Origin: Eledone cirrhosa
Lineage: Eukaryota
Length of the DNA stretch: 64,000 bases
Assembly (NCBI GenBank): GCA_964016885.1
Contig: OZ024746.1
Location: forward strand, 12,338,001 to 12,402,000
Direction of reading: 5' to 3'
The notes under the pieces are model-generated. The model worked only from the letters and a program-made list of their open reading frames with translations. It searched no databases and was not told the DNA's origin. Shown here piece after piece: positions 42,847 through 56,924 of this stretch (its first letter is position 1; each line of letters begins with the position of its first letter). A program made the position numbers and the translations under genes.

Positions 42847-43043
42847 AACACACACAGATAGAGACGCAGGCACACACACTCACAGACACACACACATACA
42901 CATACACACACTGATAGACACACACACACACACACACACTCTCTCTCTCTCTCACACACACAGAGAAAGACACACGCACACTCTCTCACACTGCCACACA
43001 CTCTCACAAACACACACACTACCACACACACTGACACACACAC
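42483..43043. repeat. Higher-order (CA)n-derived repeat, ~116-bp unit x3-4
   Basis: Recurring interruptions gacagagacacaggc / aaac / ctct / gatac / ctgcc in fixed order. Confidence 0.85.
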
Positions 43044-44201
43044 AACTACTATGGAAATTACTACGCCGGTTTCAGGATACTACTACAAATGCTAGGTTAT
43101 ATAAACCACTCAATAACGTATTTTCTTCGTAGTTTATTTATAGATGATATATAATTGTTTCTACTTTTGGCACAAGGCCAGGAATTAGCCAGTACATTAC
43201 TGGTACTTTATTTTATCAACCCCATAAGGATGAAATGCAAAGTTAACCGCGGCGGGATTTGACCTCAGAATGGTAAGGGCCGTAACTCTATGCGTCAAAG
43301 CATGGCGTCCGACCCTCTACCGATACTGCCAATCCACCACCGTCAGATATATGCCAGTCCACCACCGTCAGATATATGCCAATCCACCACCGATAGATGA
43401 TATATAATGTCTCTAAGATATCCTTATGTTTCAATAGTCTGGGAAATATGTATATTTTACATTTTTACATGTCTACATACACAATGTGTAAATCTATATA
43501 CACATGCAGTCTCTGTTACCTCAAACTTTATACATGTAACTCGTATGACCCTGGAAGTGTTTTGAGCAAAAAAAATTTCAAATTTTCAATGCCCTAGGGA
43601 CCGCATTAGGCGATTTAGCGATTTCTTTCTCTTTCTCTTAGTCTTTCTCTTTTTAGATAGATACATAGATATGACGTCGTGCCTTCACAATATCTGTCTG
43701 TATGCCTGACTGTCTGCATTAGGTCATTATGACGCGATCAGTGTGTGTGTGTATATATATTCTTATGCCAGGGAACGTCTTCACGAACCAAAGTATCGTC
43801 TTCCTGTTTTCCAGATTGATTTTTTTTAGTTTAAGAAGATCCCGTTAAAGTTGAAAGCAGCGATTCTTTGCTTAAACATTAATATGTTATTTTAATATAG
43901 ATATTCGTGTACAGATATTTTTGCACACACAAAAACAAAATATAAACAAACAAGGCCAAAGATTATATCAATTAGTCTTAGTGTACTTCATACTGCTTTT
44001 AGGTAGAATATCCCGTTAAGGGTGAAAGCAGTGATTCTTTGCTTAAACTTTAGTCTGTTATTTTAATATATATATATATAATTATATATTTATGCACAGA
44101 TATTTTTGCATACACAATAACAAAATATAAACAAACGTATTTATTTCACGAGGTTCGATAAGGATAAATATATATCAAATATATAAGAACCCTATAGCAA
44201 A

Positions 44202-44231
44202 TCCCGAGCAACGCCGGGCAATTCTGCTAGT
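44202..44231 (+). mobile_element. Helitron 3' terminus
   Basis: CCCGagcaacgcCGGG hairpin, then CTAG followed by T. Confidence 0.6.
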
Positions 44232-44238
44232 ATATATA

Positions 44239-44274
<36 letters not shown>

Positions 44275-44560
44275 TGTATGTATGTATGTATGTATGTATG
44301 TATGTTTGTTTGTATGTATGTTTGTATGTGTGTATATATATATGTATGCATGCATGCATACATGATACATACACGTATATATATATATATACTTATATAT
44401 ATGTATATATGCATACATATATACATGCATGCATACATACATGATACATACATGATGCATACATATATACATACATGCATACAATATATACTTACATAAA
44501 TGCATACATTAATACACACATACATACATACATGCATACATACATACATACATACATACA

Positions 44561-44592
<32 letters not shown>

Positions 44593-44709
44593 CATACATA
44601 CATACATACATACAAACATACATACATACATACATACATACATACATACATACATACATACATACATACATTTAAAATAGAGAGAATAAATAGCTCTCCA
44701 CAAAAATTC

Positions 44710-44811
<102 letters not shown>

Positions 44812-44892
44812 ATAATATCTGACATGAAATATTAATTTTACAAATTACAACAAAAACAACAACAGTATAAAAGTACTATTTTTAACACTTAC

Positions 44893-44964
44893 CTTTATGA
44901 AATATGAAAACAAAAGCTATAAAAAACACAAATGGTGACGATAAAAAAACGATATGAAGAATTT
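44893..44964 (-). CDS. Candidate hydrophobic (TM/signal-like) exon ILHIVFLSSPFVFFIAFVFIFHK
   Basis: Strong AAG|gtaagt donor, weak aag acceptor; 72 nt, phase 1->1; hydrophobicity could reflect T-rich DNA. Confidence 0.25.
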
Positions 44965-45427
44965 CTTATATAGAATATATGTAATGACCTGGTTCCATAT
45001 AATGAAGTCCTCTTCTTCTTCGCCCACTTATTCCTGCTAGGGTGTTGGGGGAAGAGTCGCACACCTTCCAGTTGATCCTGTCAGAAGCAACCTTCTCCAA
45101 TTGATCCGGCCGGATCCCCAAACGAGACCAGCCGAAACAATGAACTATCAACAAAATTATAAAGGGACAAGACTTCATTCACACCGTTACGGTCAAATCG
45201 TTAACATTACACAAAGAAGACTAGGTAGTTACCGCTGACTGTAATGCTCGAGTGAAAGGATTAACTCACTTTAATCCTAATTATTTACTTATATTGATCT
45301 ATTGTGTAGTACCAGCTTCACTCTCTTGCTCCTCCGCATCATCATTATCACCCCCCCCCGCTCTCTCTCGCTCTATATATATACATACATACATATATAC
45401 TTATACATATATGTATATACATATGTG

Positions 45428-45870
45428 TTTTCTCTTTCTCTTAATTTCGAGTATATTTTTTTGACCGGCCACCTTCCTGGTGGCAAGGTTGTAAAAGAAA
45501 AGAAATTGTCATCCCTTGAATCGCAAGAATGTTTTGCAAATGTTGAAGGTGCCAGCTATCGCAGCCATTTGCAGACTATGAATTAGGGAGCTGCGCTTTT
45601 TGTCCGCAAATCCAAGTTCAGTCATACTTTGGTCCAAGCGGGTTGGTATATAACCCGTAGCACCAATAATGATGGGTATGAAGCTAAAGGTGTATCTTGG
45701 ATACTGGATTTGTAAACTCCTCACCAATGGTCCGTAGATGTCCTCCTTCTCCTGTATTTTTCTGACAACGTTTACATCAAGTGGGCAGCTGATCTCCACA
45801 ACAGAACATGTTTTCAATGTGTGGTCCCAAACTACAATATCAGGCCAGTTGTGCTTTAATTTGGTGGCAG
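45428..45870 (-). mobile_element. Same R4/Dong-like element, shorter 3' fragment
   Basis: Near-identical to the 46952 copy; (TATG)n at the truncated end. Confidence 0.85.
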
Positions 45871-46272
45871 TGTGTATGTATGTATGTATGTATGTATGTA
45901 TGTATGTATGTATGTATGTATGTATGTATGTATGTATGTATGCATGCATGTATGATTGCACACCACACTCACACATATAAATCGACCTCAGTGCATTACT
46001 GGTACTTTATTTTATCGACCCCGTAAGGATGAAAGACAAAGCTAACCTCAGCAGGATTTGAATTCAGGTCGTAAAGGGCTGTAACTCTATGCCATAAAGC
46101 ATGTTGTCCGACGTAATACTTACAATGATTGCTATTTACGCTTTTCAACAAAATTTCAGCAACTTTGATAACAATAAAAATGTATGTATGTATGTATGTA
46201 TGTATGTATGTATGTATGTATGTATGTATGTATGTATGTATGTATGTATGTATGTATGTATGTATGTATATG

Positions 46273-46879
46273 TCAAGTCACCAGTTGGTGCTACTGGTAA
46301 CATGTATCCCAGTACAACCTGTCTCATGGCCGGGTCGTTGGCGACTAAACTGGAAACCCCACCAAGGTTTCTTGGTGAGGAGGGTGACTTTGGACATCCT
46401 GCAGGACTAAAAACAAAACCTGTCAAAGGGCAAAGGAGCTCTTAAGAGTCAATGGCCATCCAAAATCACCGGGAGAGATGACCCCTTAGCCTTTGTCAAG
46501 GCAGAATTCTAGGAGAAGGAAAACTCTGATATAACACCTGCAACCCTGATGGTATCCAATGATGTTGACTTGTTCTTCTTTTTGGTAAATATCATCTTGG
46601 TTAAGAGAGTGGGACTGGCTTTGTGCAGTGCCTTTGCTCACTATAAAAGCTTCACGGCACAGGCATTGCTTTATATCTGGAGATCTCTCTGCACTTGTCG
46701 TCACATGGTACCATGGGCCCAGCACTATGTGTCAATAATTGTCACAAGTGTAGTGTTTGTACCAGAGTTTTCAAGTCGCTGGCTGGACTAAAAAGTCACA
46801 CTCGTTTAGCGCATCGGTAGGGGTTCTCCTACATGGATATAAAGTAGTGGCCGTACTCGAAAACGAGTTGGCAGCCACC
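46273..46879 (+). mobile_element. Family A copy
   Basis: Near-identical to the 19368 copy; 3' part encodes CSVCTRVFKSLAGLKSHTRLAHR* (C2H2 finger). Confidence 0.8.
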
Positions 46880-46951
46880 ATGTATGTATGTATGTATGTA
46901 TGTATGTATGTATGTATGTATGTATGTATGTATGTATGTATCTATGTTGTT

Positions 46952-47578
46952 ATCTCTTTCTCTTAATTTCGAGTATATTTTTTTGACCGGCCACCTTCCT
47001 GGTGGCAAGGTTGTAAAAGAAAAGAAATTATCATCCCTTGAATCGCAAGAATGTTTTGCAAATTTTGAAGGTGCCAGCTATCGCAGCCATTTGTAGACTA
47101 TGAATTAGGGAGCTGCGCTTTTTGTCCGCAAATCCAAGTTCAGTCATACTTTGGTCCAAGCGGGTTGGTATATAACACGTAGCACCAATAATGATAGGTA
47201 TGAAGCTAAAGGTGTATCTTGGATACTGGATTTGTAAACTCCTCATCAATGGTCCGTAGATGTCCTCCTTCTCCTGTATTTTTCTGACAACGTTTACATC
47301 AAGTGGGCAGCTGATCTCCACAACAGAACACATTTTCAATGTGTGGTCCCAAACTACAATATCAGGCCGGTTGTGCTTTAATTTGGTGGCAGTTTTTATT
47401 TTCAGGTTCCACCAGTATTCCTTAGTGCCATCTGTCTCAATATATTCTTCCTCGTTTGTTGTTAATTTTGTTTTCCGAAGTGCGTTCCAGATGGTTCTAG
47501 CTATCCCATCGTGTCTCATGGGGAGGTAGTAGCGAGATGACATTCTTTCGCAGCTGGCAACAATGTGGCTTACATCCA
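46952..47578 (-). mobile_element. 5'-truncated non-LTR retrotransposon with REL endonuclease (R4/Dong-like), embedded in (TACA)n
   Basis: SHIVASC..RHD..NRPDIVVWD..VVEISCP..KEDIY motifs, stop and short 3' UTR; microsatellite on both sides. Confidence 0.85.
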
Positions 47579-47820
47579 TGTATGTATGTATGTTTGTATG
47601 TATGTATGCATGTATGTATGTATGTATGTTTGTATGTATGTATGCATGTATGTATGTATGTATGTTTGTATGTATGTTTGTATGTATGTATGTATGTATG
47701 TATGTATGTATGTATGTATGTATGCATGTATGTATGTATGTATGTTTGTATGTATGTATGTATGTATGTATGTATGTATGTATGTATGTATGTATGTATG
47801 TATGTATGTATGTATGTATG

Positions 47821-48355
47821 TCGGGTCACTCTTGAGTGCTACTGGTAACATATAACCCAGTACAACTTGTCGTATGGTCGGGTCGTCGGCTACTAAACCG
47901 GCAACCCCACCAAGTTTACTTGGTGAGGAGGGTGATTTTGGACACCCTGCAGGACAAAAAACAAAACCTGACAAAGGGCGGAAGAACTCAGAAGAGTCAA
48001 CGGCCATCCAAAAGTGTGTAAATATGTATATACACATGTATCGCGCGGTTAATCCACTGGGAGTGAAGGACCCCTAGCCTTTGTCAGGGCATTCTTCTAG
48101 GAGAAGGCAACCCAGGAAACTGGGATAACTCCGACATAAAACCTGCGGCTCAGTAGTTACCGATGATGTCGATCTTTTCTTCTTTACTGGTTATAGCTAC
48201 TGTCGCTCAGAGAGTGGGATTGGCTCAGTGCACAGTCTTTCCTCACTTTAAAGAATATCTTCACGCACAGGCATTGCACGATAGATTTAATTAATAATTA
48301 TTAATAATGTTATATCGTGCAATGGTCATACTCGATAACGAGTGGGCAGCCATCA
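47821..48355 (+). mobile_element. Related non-autonomous RTE-derived element, family B
   Basis: Shares the 5' stems and the 3' ACTCG..CGAGT.GGCAGCCA end with family A; (TATG)n on both sides. Confidence 0.75.
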
Positions 48356-49852
48356 TGTATGTATGTATGTATGTATGTATGTATGTATGTATGTATGTAT
48401 GTATGTATGTATGTATGTATGTATGTGTATGTATACATGCCTGTTTGTATGCCCGTATGAATGTACACACGCATTACTTATAAAATTAGCTACGGGGTGA
48501 TTAACGCTACTTATTCTTTAATCTACATGTAGCCGGTGATTCGTGTCTGTTAATATCAATAAAAATACCGATAATGTTTCAATAATTTTCTTTCCTCCTT
48601 TACTTCATTTTGAGTTTACATTTTATTAATATTTTACAGTCTGGAAATAACTTCATATTTTTTGTTTTGTTGAAAGTAGTAAAAAAACCGTTAGTTGTTA
48701 CCCAGATTAGCTGATTGGTAAGTCTCCTGGGTGGCAGATAGCGGTTGCTGCTGACAGGAACCGTTGAAAGGAGTTTTTGAGGACTCTGCCCCCACGACCA
48801 CGACAACGACGACAACGACGACGACGACGACGAAGAAAAAGAAGAAGAAGAAGAAGAAGAAGAAGAAGAAGAAGAAGAAGAAGAAGAAGAAGAAGAAGAA
48901 GAAGAAGAAGAAGACCAGTAAATTTGAGTTAATGGCAAATTGATTAAATCACTCCCAATACTTGGGTGGTACTTTATTTTATCGACCCCAGAAGGACGGA
49001 AGGAAAAGTTCGCCTTGGCGGTATTGGAATTCAGAATATAAAGAGAGAAAACAAATATCACAATGGCATTTTATCCGACGCTCTACCAGTTCTGCCAATC
49101 CACCACCTTTCGCCAAGAAGAATAAGTGTTTCTACTTTTGGTACAAGGTCAGCAATTATCCAGTGCATTACTGGTACTTTATTTTATCGACCTCGTAAGG
49201 ATGAAAGGAAAAGTTAACCTCGGCGGGATTTGAACTCAGAATGGCAAGGGCCGTTACTCCATGCGTCAAAGCATGGCGTCCAACCCTCTAATGTTGATGA
49301 CAAATCTTTCAACGTTCGATATCTTTGTTCCGAGTTGTTGGCATGCCAAACATACCTTTTCGTGGTACAAATGAGTATTATACTCGGCTAGAATATATAT
49401 TTTTACGGTTTTTAGAATATCTAAGATTACTTTTATTTTTCCATCTTTCGAAATGAATGAGACATTGAACAAAGTAGGTTCCAGGTTAGAGTGTCTTCGT
49501 TCATAACTTTCCTCGATCAGGGCTGACTTGGGACTAAACAACATATTTACACTATACAAAAAAAAGCTATACTTACAACAGGCGTAGGTATACATGTGTG
49601 GTTAAGGAATTCGATTCGGGTTGAGTCCCAATGCATGCCCCCCCCCCCCCCAGCCGCATTTGTCCGACACTCTAACTACTCTGCCTATCCAATGTCCTCA
49701 TTTAAATAATAATAATAATAATAATAATTGTTTCTACTTTTGGCACAAGGCCAGCAATTACCCAGTGCATTACTGGTACTTTATTTTATCGACCCCGTAA
49801 GGATGAAAGGCAAAGTTAAAATGATAATGAAGATGATGATGATGATGATGAT

Positions 49853-49917
<65 letters not shown>

Positions 49918-50795
49918 TTTCTTTATTAACCACAAGGGTTTACATAAAGTAGACATTAAGGACAGTGCAGGACAATGCAGGACGGTACAAATGGGCATAA
50001 TAATAATAATAATAATAATGATAATAATAATAATAATAAGAAGAAGAAGAAGAAGAAGAAGTAGAAGAAAAGCTAATGCATCAATGCACTGGGATGCGTT
50101 TTGGTAAAAGAAAATGATGAAGAAAAAAGTAAAGGTTTTTACCTTTCTTTTCATGAAAGGTGTCCATCATATCGAATTTTGAGGCAGTGATTTCAGAATT
50201 TATGTATTATGTCAACGGAAACGCATTTTCAAAACGCACATATTGTTAGAACAGAAGTCGCAATTGTATGATCATTAGTCTAGTTAACTTAATTGCGTTA
50301 TGGGAAATACCAGGCCGTTTCCGCCGACAATTTTATGCTAATGTTGATGATATAATTTATATGATAAATAAACTGAGTCATGCAGATCGACTGTAATAGT
50401 CTTGTGACAAATAATGATTTCTTTATTGGCCACAAGGGCTGACATCAAGAAAAACATTACAGACGGCACAGGACAGTACAGGACGGTACGATGTGGGAAA
50501 TAATACAGCCGCATGTTATTAATTGGAGGTGGAAAAACAGAATTGTTAGGGTTTCGGACGAAATACTTTGAGGTATTTCTTCCGGTACTTTACGTTCTAT
50601 GTTCAAATCTTGCTGAGGCAAGCTTTATCTTTCATCCTTCCGAGGTCGATAAAATAAAGTACCAGTTAAGTACTGGGGTCAATATAATCGACTTTCCCTT
50701 TCCCCCAAATTGTTAGCCTTGTGCTTAAACCTGAAATAGTTATTAACGACAACGACATTCATATATCTTTCAAAGTTGTTCCTGCCGTTACATTT

Positions 50796-50827
<32 letters not shown>

Positions 50828-53800
50828 CTTAATATAACATTTCTATCAGAAGAGTTAGCGAATTAGCAGGGCCAGTAGAGTGCCAGATAGAAATACTTTG
50901 CGCTCTGTGTTCAAATCCCAGCGGGGTCAACTTTGCCTTTCATCCTTCTGGTGCTGATAGAAAAAAAAAAAAGTATCGGTCTATTACTGAGGCTGACTCT
51001 TCATCTATATCTCTTTCTCACTTCGGATGTGTTCAGATCTGGAGAGGGGTGGGATCTGCCAGGTTTAAAATGCCCCTTATATAACAACGAAGCTCTTATG
51101 GAATTACGAGTTCATGCATGCATCTATCAGAGCAAAGGCGAAACTAGGAATGAATTTTCTGACGTTCTGTCGATGACATGTCAGCCTTCCAACTAAATAG
51201 TATTAATAATTCTTTCTAGCATTAACACAAGGCCAGCAGTTTTTTTTTTCTGTTGGGTCGGGGAGAGTCGATTAATTTGTCGATTTAAAGTACCAGTACT
51301 TTACTGGTACTTTATTTTATCGACCATGGAAGGTTGAAAGGTAAAGTTGACCTCGGAGAAATTTGAACTAAGAACGAAGAAAGTCGTAACTAACTGCCGC
51401 AAAACATTTTGTCTGATGCTCTATTGATTCTGCCTATCCATCGCTCTTAATTAGTGTTATTAATAATTATTTCTACTTTTGGTACAGGCCAGCAATTATC
51501 CTAGTGCATTACTGGTACTTTATTTTATCGACCCCGTAAGGATGAAAGGCAAAGTTAACCTCGGTGGGATTTGAACTCAGACCGTAAAGGGGCGTAACTC
51601 TATGCTGCAAAGCATGGCGTCCGACTTTCTGCCGATACTGCCAATCCACCCATAATATTGCTGTATTATATGTTTAAGGGGTTGGCAGTATTAGTAGAGG
51701 GTCGGACGCTATGCTTAGCAACATAAAGTTACGGCCCTTTACGGCCTGAGTTAAATCCTGCCGAGGTTAACTTTGCCTTTCATCCTTAAGGGGTCGATAA
51801 AATAAAGTACCAGTAATGTACTGGGATAATTGCTGGCCTTGTGCCAAAAGTAGAAATAATTATATGTTTGAAAGCAGAAACAACTGAAAGTAATTCCAGC
51901 TAGATCCAGTCAACAAAATTTCCATACGGTTTAAATACTCCGCAAGTCTCCAATTTCCGAATGGCTAAATGTCAGCAGAAGGGTACCTAGGAGTGATGAC
52001 CTGGATGTGTCTCAGCCCCCCTAGAGTGTAAGAAGTTAAGGGCCGAAACACTCGCTTGAGTGGTCTTTCTTCTCTGATGACCTTCTGCTGCTCAGCTCTC
52101 CTGAGAGTTTCTTACCACTTCTTACCATTATGTTATAAAATGTAGTCATTACAGCGTCGGATAGAATACGTGGTGGCTTATTCACCTTACTGAAGCGTCA
52201 TCACATAGGATGCCTTTTGTAGAGAAAGTAGTGAGTAAAGATCCCCTTCGGACACGAATGACCATGGGATTTACACTTAGAAATCTTCTCTCCGAGGCAC
52301 AAATCTGAACAAGGTTGCCTATGGAAGATCAGTAGTCGCCCATGCTTCCAGTCTCCCCTATCCACGCCACCAATATTGTCGAAGGGAAAGGTAATGGCGA
52401 TATAGCTTGGCACCAGTGACATCACAACTCATTTCTACAGCTGAGTAAACTGGAGCAACGTGAAATAAAATGTCTTGCTGAAGAACACAACACATCGTTC
52501 GGTCAGCAAATCTAACTCACAACCTCACGACTGTGAATCCATCTCTCCGGCCAGTAAGCCTTGGGTGAATGTTCTTCCTCTTCAGATAAAGCCATAGAAA
52601 ATTCTCTTGTTATCTATGTGTCTTGCCTTTATTAAGTATTTGAATTGTGGGGCGATGGATTGGCAGTATCGGAAGAGGTTCGGACGCCATGCTTTGAAGC
52701 ATATATGTACGACTCTTTACGTTCTGAGATCTCATCTCCACTGAGTCAATTTTGCCTTTCAATCTTCTGGGGGCGATAAAATAAAGTACCAGTCAATTAC
52801 TGGGATTGATATAATCGACTTTCCTCTACCATTCAAACCGCTGGCCTTGTAGCTAAAGTAGCAATCCTTATGTATTTGAATGATCTTACTATCTATGAAA
52901 TAAACCAGGTGTGTGTGTGTCTGTATAGACCCCAAATGTGGGTGTCTACAACACGTATTGAACAAATACTACACAAATTTTCTTTGAAATGTTTCTTTAA
53001 TCGGTTTTATATAACAATATATTTCTATAATTTAGAATGTTAAAAATAAACTCTTCTAAACAATATAACACACTTCATAATAATGTCCATACCTTATGAA
53101 AATTTAATAGCGATATAATTTGTTTTATCAGATAATTACTCTAGAATATGTACATTACAAACTCTACCAATGCGGTCTTTTTATCTTAAACTGTCAACAC
53201 ACGGCTCTTTAACATCTCCTTATCATGCCAAGAGTTTATAATTAGATTATAATGGTTTGATAATTCTACAAAGCAAACAAAACACAAACAGGAAAAAAGA
53301 AAATTTTTAAACATTTCTACTGGTTTCTAGAGCTTCACGAATAAGTTACAGTATTTCAATCTAACAGACGTTAGAACTCACTGAACCCACTCAGGAGAAG
53401 ATAAACTCCGAATAAAACCTACAGCTCAAGGTATTAATCGTTCTGAAGAATGAGTGCTTCTGCATTATGAGGTCATGAACAATATCTGGGAGGAAGCGGT
53501 GACCCCTGTCAGTAAAAAGTTTCATCCACAACTATGGATGGAGAATCTTATAGCCAGGCATCACTAATGGGAACAGTGTGGAGAATCTTGATGTAACTTG
53601 CAACTTATGTCTTTTGAAGAACAGCAATTACTCTTTAGCTGATGCTTCACTGTAGTATCTTGGCCAGAAGATGTTAGCATGATTGTTCATGAACCACAAA
53701 GTGCCAGATTGTTAATTGCAAAAGTAGGAAATTAGTTATTCCGAAGGAAATAAACAGGGAGCTTAAAACTAAAACAGGTGGGACAATTAAGGCAATTATG

Positions 53801-54738
53801 TTTAAGCGAATTCGCTCCAGTTTCTCCACAAATATCCTAAAAAAATTCTACACGTCATAACACCCCAATTTCTTTTTTCTCAAAAATAGGAAAAATGCTG
53901 AGTCCAAATCAAAAAAGAAAGAAAATGCCAAATCTGCAAATCTTACAATTCGAAAGGTTTTCTATGTTTTTATGGTTAAATACTTTAATATGAAGCCGTC
54001 TTTTGTTCCTTTTTGCTTTTTTCCATTGATACCTAGATACCTGTCATCAAATTAGTTTCTGTGAAACACTGATGTCTATGTATGGACCCATAAGTCGTAA
54101 ATGACACTGTAGTGTCACACAACGTTTCTTGGGCATTTTAAACATGGCGGAGCCCATCTCTTCTCCAGGTCTGAACACAACCGATTTCTTTTAGAGAAGG
54201 AGAGAAAGAAAGAGGAGGCGAGAAAGAGATATAGAGGAATAATCGACCCAATATAAAACTAGTACGTTTTTTTTTTATCAGTCTCAAAAGGGTGAAAAGC
54301 AAAGTGGGTTTCGGTGGGATTTGAACTTAGAGTGTAGATTGACGGAACGAATACTGCGAAGCATTCAATCCAACGTTCTAACGACTCTGCCAATTGACCA
54401 CCTAAATAGTAATATCCTGTTGTTTTTAATAATGAACAACAGAAGGTTTTCAAAAAACTATGTTGACTGGGAAATTGCGACAATTTATAATTAAGTGACT
54501 GGATATAGGATATTGCACAACATTGTGTACATCTCTTACAAAGGAACAGACTAATTAGGCCAAATTTAAATAAATTCCGACTTTTAAAAATGAACCTTTG
54601 TTTCATGTTAACGGAAATATTGTGTGACAATAAAGGGAGATAATAAAAAAAAAAAAGAAATATTTTCTATTTTCTCCTTCGCGATGGTGTACATTTTTTA
54701 TTTATCCAACCACTATATCGACAGATATAAAACAATTA

Positions 54739-54960
54739 CAGTCCGTTCGCTTTTTATGCGAACTTGCAATACGTGAATTCGCTTTAACGCCTCTAGAAAA
54801 AATATTATTAAATATTCAGTTTAAATACGCGAATAACGCGCTATAACGCGTGTGGTTTTTAATTTTTTTTTATTTATCAGAAAATTGGACTTGATTTACG
54901 CGAATTTGCTTTACGCGTCGCGTTCACGAACGCATCTTCGCATAAAAAGCGAACACAGTG
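54739..54960. mobile_element. Tc1/mariner-pogo type MITE
   Basis: TIRs cagtccgttcgctttttatgcga / tcgcataaaaagcgaacacagtg, flanked by TA. Confidence 0.7.
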
Positions 54961-55347
54961 TACATGATTCCATTTTAATACTGAGTGAAACTGAAACTTG
55001 CAATGCGTCAAATATGAGTAATTTCAAACTGTAATGTTATTATATGTCAGTCATCTATGAAGGAGTCAAACAGTGAGTAATGATATCACAATGTTTCACA
55101 GTATTGTCTATCATTTCATATAAGTGTATAAAAACAAACTAATGTTACAGGCACAATTTGTTCTATGATGAAATTTGGGATTTCCAACTAAAAGTGTGGA
55201 TGTCAGTGAGAGCAGTTTTTAAAAAATAATCAAATTAAATTAATTCAACAGTTAAACACACATAAGAATAATAAGGTTGTTACCAAAGAGCCAGAAGATT
55301 GACAAGTCGACCCTAAATATGACTAATAGCTCTAAGAAAGCCACGAA

Positions 55348-55718
55348 CGACACTACATCTTTTCAACTTGATTTTGAAAGTAGGTTTTATAATTATTAAT
55401 TTTCATTATGCTATTGTAGCTGTCTCGGCGGCCAGGTTGAATGAATCATAGACGTTGGTGATCCTGGTCTGAAGTTCGATCCCGGTCGGTAGTAGTGTTC
55501 CCGGTAAAACTTTTCAGTTTTTTTTTTTTCTATGGAATGTAAAATAAAAACTGAAAAAGATTACATGCACCTCTTGTCCAGAATTGAACCCAAGACCAGG
55601 ATTCCCACCGTCTCTAGTACCTACCACTAGGCCACCGAGAAAGCTACGAAAAACTCGCGAAAATTCATACTTATAAACCTACTTTCAAAATTTTCAATAC
55701 AAAATGATGTGGTGTCGT
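55348..55718. repeat. Imperfect ~370-bp palindrome with tRNA-like arms
   Basis: acgacactacatc..gaaagtaggttt..tagctgtctcggcggcc is mirrored by ggccaccgagaaagcta..aaacctactttc..gatgtggtgtcgt. Confidence 0.7.
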
Positions 55719-56020
55719 ATATATTTTTCCTAATGTTATTGCTCCTACTTAAGGTAGACTTCTAAATCATTTGGGTGTTCCATAAACTATATCCCGTTTT
55801 GTTTCTCATCTATCTAGACCAGGTGCTAAGGTTTTTACAGCGCGAGCAAGTTTTATCTTCGTAATATAAAATAAAAAAAGATTTCGATACGATTGTTTTT
55901 TATATTTTTTTTGTGCGATTTTTGTCAACTACTTTTAACTTCTGACGAATCACATACAGCTCATTAACAGTTGTAAACAGAAAACTTTCTTTCAAAATTT
56001 CAAAGTTTTTTTCTTTTAAA

Positions 56021-56770
56021 ATGGCTAGTGTTCCTCCAGCTAAGTGAAAAAGGAAATTAAACGAAGAAGGGCGAGTGTTTCAAGAAAAGTGGGAATTACA
56101 GTATATTTGCACAATGGTGAACGGAAAGATACACTGTTTAATTTGCAACAACTGCGTTGCCACGCCAAAAGAGTACAATTTGAAAAGGCGTTATGATACG
56201 AACCATCGATCTTACGATAAATATGAAGGCCCGATGCGTGTTTCAAGACTCGAGGAATTGAAGGCTAACTTGACACAGCAACAGACCTGTTTTATGTAAA
56301 TTCAAGAAGAGAATGTCGCTTCCGTTACTGCGAGCTAAGAACTCAGCCAAATGATTGCCATGAGTGAGAAATCTTACAGTGAAGGAGATTTTGTAAAGCG
56401 ATGCCTTGTAAAAACAAGCTGAAATTGTATGTCCAGAGAAAGCACAGTTATTCAAAGACATTTCATTAACCAGGAACACTGTTGCTGAACGGATTAATGA
56501 AATGTCAGGTGATCTGAAACAACAGTTGAAGGCTGTATCATCAAGGTTTGAACATTTTCCTATTCCTATTGATGAGACCGTTGACATCACTGGAATAGCA
56601 CAGCTTGCATTCTTCATCAGGGCCTGTGACAGTGAATTTAATATTTATGAAGAACTGATTGAACTGGTCCCCATGCATGACACTATAACAAGCCAGGACA
56701 TCTTTGAGAAGGTTCTGCATGACTATGGTTTTGATTTGAGTAAACTTGCATGCTTATCTACTGAGGGTTG
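56021..56770 (+). pseudogene. hAT (SPIN/Charlie, GTF2IRD2-like) transposase remnant
   Basis: RVFQEKWELQY..CLIC..KEYNLKRRY..ISLTRNTVAERI..IDETVDITGIAQLAFFIR, with stops and a frameshift. Confidence 0.85.
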
Positions 56771-56924
56771 ACTAGCTAGGCCCTTTCAGGTCAATTAGTC
56801 TACCAACCCACTCCCCTTTCATTTTCGCACGTCTAGTCCCTAGAATGTAATAAATAAAATACACGACATTTAGCAGGACTACACCAGCCATTTGATCTAA
56901 GATACCCCCCTCCCCTAAATTACC

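Noticed and set aside
51973-52092. Hammerhead-like pieces (GAAA-CACTC/GAGTG-GTC and CTGATGA) inside a CAGCAGAAGG/CCTTCTGCTG inverted repeat
   Set aside because: No stem I can be formed and the core has an extra base; at best a scrambled remnant
48700-53140. Isolated AG..GT segments (~48703-48760, 49356-49387, ~53092-53139) as further exons
   Set aside because: Short, no recognisable homology, and expected by chance in AT-rich DNA
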